Of a stretch of 64,000 nucleotides of DNA, positions 61,782-64,000 are shown piece by piece. Below the pieces are notes generated by a model that saw only the letters and a list, made by a program, of their open reading frames with translations, was not told the DNA's origin and made no database searches. Where the stretch lies: positions 5,184,001 to 5,248,000 of the forward strand of contig OZ245838.1 of NCBI GenBank assembly GCA_965228735.1, read 5' to 3'. The first letter of the stretch is position 1, and each line of letters starts with the position of its first letter. Position numbers and translations under genes: made by a program. The stretch comes from Planctomycetota bacterium (lineage in GTDB: Bacteria > Planctomycetota > UBA1135 > UBA2386).

Positions 61782-63413
61782 CTAGTCCGTCCGGGCTCGG
61801 TTCTTCACCGCGGTGGCGACCGCGCCGACGAGTTCGCGACGCGTGTAGGGTTTCTTCAAGAACGCTGCGATCTCGAAGTTCGCGTCGCTGCGCGCGCGGG
61901 CGTCGCGCTCGGAGTGACCGCTCGACAGCACGACCGGCACGCGGATGCCCTTCTGCGCCATCGCCGCGAGAACCTGCTCGCCGTTGACGAGCGGCATGCT
62001 CCAGTCGAGGACCACGGCCGCGAAGCCCTCCGGATCGGCGACGAGCAGACGGATGGCTTCCGCGCCGCCGGGAGCCGACACCACGGAGTAGCCGGCCTTT
62101 TCGATGCACGTGCAGGCCAGTTGCCGAACGGCGTCCTCGTCGTCGACCACGAGAACCACCTCGCCGGTGCCGGTCTCCAGGGTGCCATGGCCGTTCGTCT
62201 CCGCGCTCGGCGTGGCGCCTTCGGCCAGCGGCAGTTCCACCCGCACGGTCGTCCCGACGCCGGCCTCCGCCTCGATGGCGATCGTGCCGCCGTGGTGCTC
62301 GACGATGCGCTTGCAGATCGAGAGTCCGAGGCCATGACCGCCGGTCTTCGTGCTGTAGAACGGCTCGAACGCGCGCGCCCGCAGCTCGTCGGACATCCCC
62401 TTGCCGTTGTCGGTCACGGTCAGGACCGCGCGCTTGCCGTCCGAGCTCCGCTGCGTCCGAACGTGCACGACCCCTTGGTTGGGCGCGCAGGCCTCCGCGG
62501 CGTTGGTCAGCAGGTTCACGATCAGCTGGCGCAGACTCGTGGGTTGTCCGAGCACCTGGCCCGTGCCGTCGCCCATGTCGCTCTCGATGCGGGCGTGGTT
62601 CTCGAACGCGCCGCGCGTCATCCGGTAGGTCTGTTCGACGATGTCGTTGAGGCTGACCGGCGTCTGCGGCTCGGCGTCGCCGCCGGCATAGGCGAGGATC
62701 TGCCCGGCCAGCTCACTGGCGCGGCGGCCGGTCTCCTCGATCTGGCCCAGCAACTCGACGACACCGGTCGTCGGCGGGACCTCGTCGCGCAGCAGTTCCA
62801 CGCTCCCGAGGATCGCGCACAACAGGTTGTTGAAGTCGTGCGCGACGCCGCTGGCGATGAGTCCGAGGCTGTCCAGGCGTTGCGACGAACGCAGCGCCTC
62901 CTCCGTACGATCGAGTCGATTGCGCATCTTGCGCGCGTCGATCTCGTGCATCACGAGCGTCCCGAGGTTCTTCAGGCTCTCGAGTTCTCGGTCCGCGAGC
63001 TTGCGCGGTTCGGGTCCGAAGGCGCACAACGTTCCGATCCGTTCTCCGCTCGGCGTCGTGAGCGGGACACCGACGTAGAACCGGATGCTGGGTGCGCTGC
63101 ACACGAGGGAGTTGTTCCGCGAGACCGGGTGCTGCGAGGCGTCCTCGTAGTACAGGTGATCCGAATCGGCCTCGACCAGGGTCGAGCAGAAGCCCGGTTC
63201 GCGCGGGACCTCGGCCGCGTCGACGCCGAACGTGGACTTGAACCACACCCGCTTCTTGTGCACGAGCGACACGCACGCGTGCGGCACGGCGAGCATCTGC
63301 GCGACGAGCTCGGTGATCTTGTCGAACGTCAACTCGCGATCGGAGTCGAGGATCGACAGACCCTCGAGCGCGGTCACGCGTCGTCCTTCCACGATAGAGT
63401 GCGAGTCGCTCAT
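61782..63413 (-). CDS. Hybrid sensor kinase GAF-HisKA-HATPase-REC
   Basis: IRFYVGVPL..GTLC, AHDFNN, DNGKGM, FEPFYSTK..GLGL, VVDDE..LD..MP..KP. Confidence 0.95.
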   Translation of the reverse strand: MSDSHSIVEGRRVTALEGLSILDSDRELTFDKITELVAQMLAVPHACVSLVHKKRVWFKSTFGVDAAEVPREPGFCSTLVEADSDHLYYEDASQHPVSRNNSLVCSAPSIRFYVGVPLTTPSGERIGTLCAFGPEPRKLADRELESLKNLGTLVMHEIDARKMRNRLDRTEEALRSSQRLDSLGLIASGVAHDFNNLLCAILGSVELLRDEVPPTTGVVELLGQIEETGRRASELAGQILAYAGGDAEPQTPVSLNDIVEQTYRMTRGAFENHARIESDMGDGTGQVLGQPTSLRQLIVNLLTNAAEACAPNQGVVHVRTQRSSDGKRAVLTVTDNGKGMSDELRARAFEPFYSTKTGGHGLGLSICKRIVEHHGGTIAIEAEAGVGTTVRVELPLAEGATPSAETNGHGTLETGTGEVVLVVDDEDAVRQLACTCIEKAGYSVVSAPGGAEAIRLLVADPEGFAAVVLDWSMPLVNGEQVLAAMAQKGIRVPVVLSSGHSERDARARSDANFEIAAFLKKPYTRRELVGAVATAVKNRARTD

Positions 63414-63599
63414 CGGGGCATCTGCCGCGGCGGTCGGCCGGCGGAGAGGGGGTCATAGTGGACCGTCGGACCCGAGGCCAGGGCGGAGGGGTAAGGCGGC
63501 CGAATCGGCCGGGCCAAACGGACGAGTGCCGAGGCAAGGCGTGACCGGGAAACGGCTTGTGCGGTTCCCGGAGTGTGTGCCGAACGGACGTTCGCGCGC

Positions 63600-64000
63600 T
63601 CACCGGATCAGGAAGCCGTCGCCGAGCGGGTCGTCCGGTTCCAACCAGAACTCCGAGCGACCGGTGACGTGCGCCTGGCCGCGCACCTCGGGCACGATCG
63701 CGGGTGTGCCGCCGACGTCGACCGTGGCCGCGACGCGGACGTCGAAGCTCGTGCCGAGAATGCTCTCGATCGTGATCCAGTCGCTGCCGAGTTCGCCGCG
63801 TGCGTGGTGGATCGCGGCGCGGCCGCTGACGCCGGTGCCCGTCGGCGAGCGATCGACCTCGCCCTCGGCGAAGATGCAGACGTTGCGGCTGTGCGCGCCC
63901 GGCTGCGGCGCGACGAAGATCGTGCCGTAGAGGAAGTTGAGATCGTCGGCGCCGGTCGGGTGCCGCAGCTCGGTGCTCGCTGCGACGGCGTGCTTGATCG
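63600..64000 (-). CDS. Proline racemase family, probable trans-3-hydroxy-L-proline dehydratase (3' part only)
   Basis: Hand translation: FAEGEVDRSPTGTGVSGRAA...EVRGQAHVTG..DDPLGDGFLIR*. Confidence 0.85.
   Translation of the reverse strand, partial: IKHAVAASTELRHPTGADDLNFLYGTIFVAPQPGAHSRNVCIFAEGEVDRSPTGTGVSGRAAIHHARGELGSDWITIESILGTSFDVRVAATVDVGGTPAIVPEVRGQAHVTGRSEFWLEPDDPLGDGFLIR

Overview
High-GC bacterial DNA, probably Planctomycetota-like (inferred from gene types only). About 53.5 kb is stacked mobile DNA at a tRNA-Pro integration hotspot, followed by host-type genes: arsR-acr3-arsC-like, a TolB-like lipoprotein, cyclodeaminase, ggt, selO, a hybrid kinase and a proline-racemase-family gene. 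Layer A (1 to ~38.9 kb) ends at a 45-bp 3' fragment of tRNA-Pro(GGG). It carries a coupled DUF669/mini-ComM/RadC/resolvase operon, a defence cluster (ATPase-nuclease, GIY-YIG, GmrSD, OLD-like, SRA-nuclease, HEPN-like), a C-protein-like regulator with tandem operators, a repeat-flanked MBL/DUF2235 cassette interrupted by a complete IS256, and an Rhs toxin/immunity pair. Layer B (38912-52526) is bounded by a 12-bp core, tccgaccattct. It encodes a large serine recombinase (LSR), type I R-M, a ParA-X-HEPN-like triad, a tyrosine recombinase, an HUH Rep fused to an InsA-like Zn ribbon/HTH, and a HEPN gene. The att core lies inside the LSR 3' end and an in-frame alternative tail sits at the far att, so excision should swap the LSR C-terminus. 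Layer C (52515-53529) is a ~1-kb remnant of a related element. All family calls come from motif recognition by eye, not database searches.
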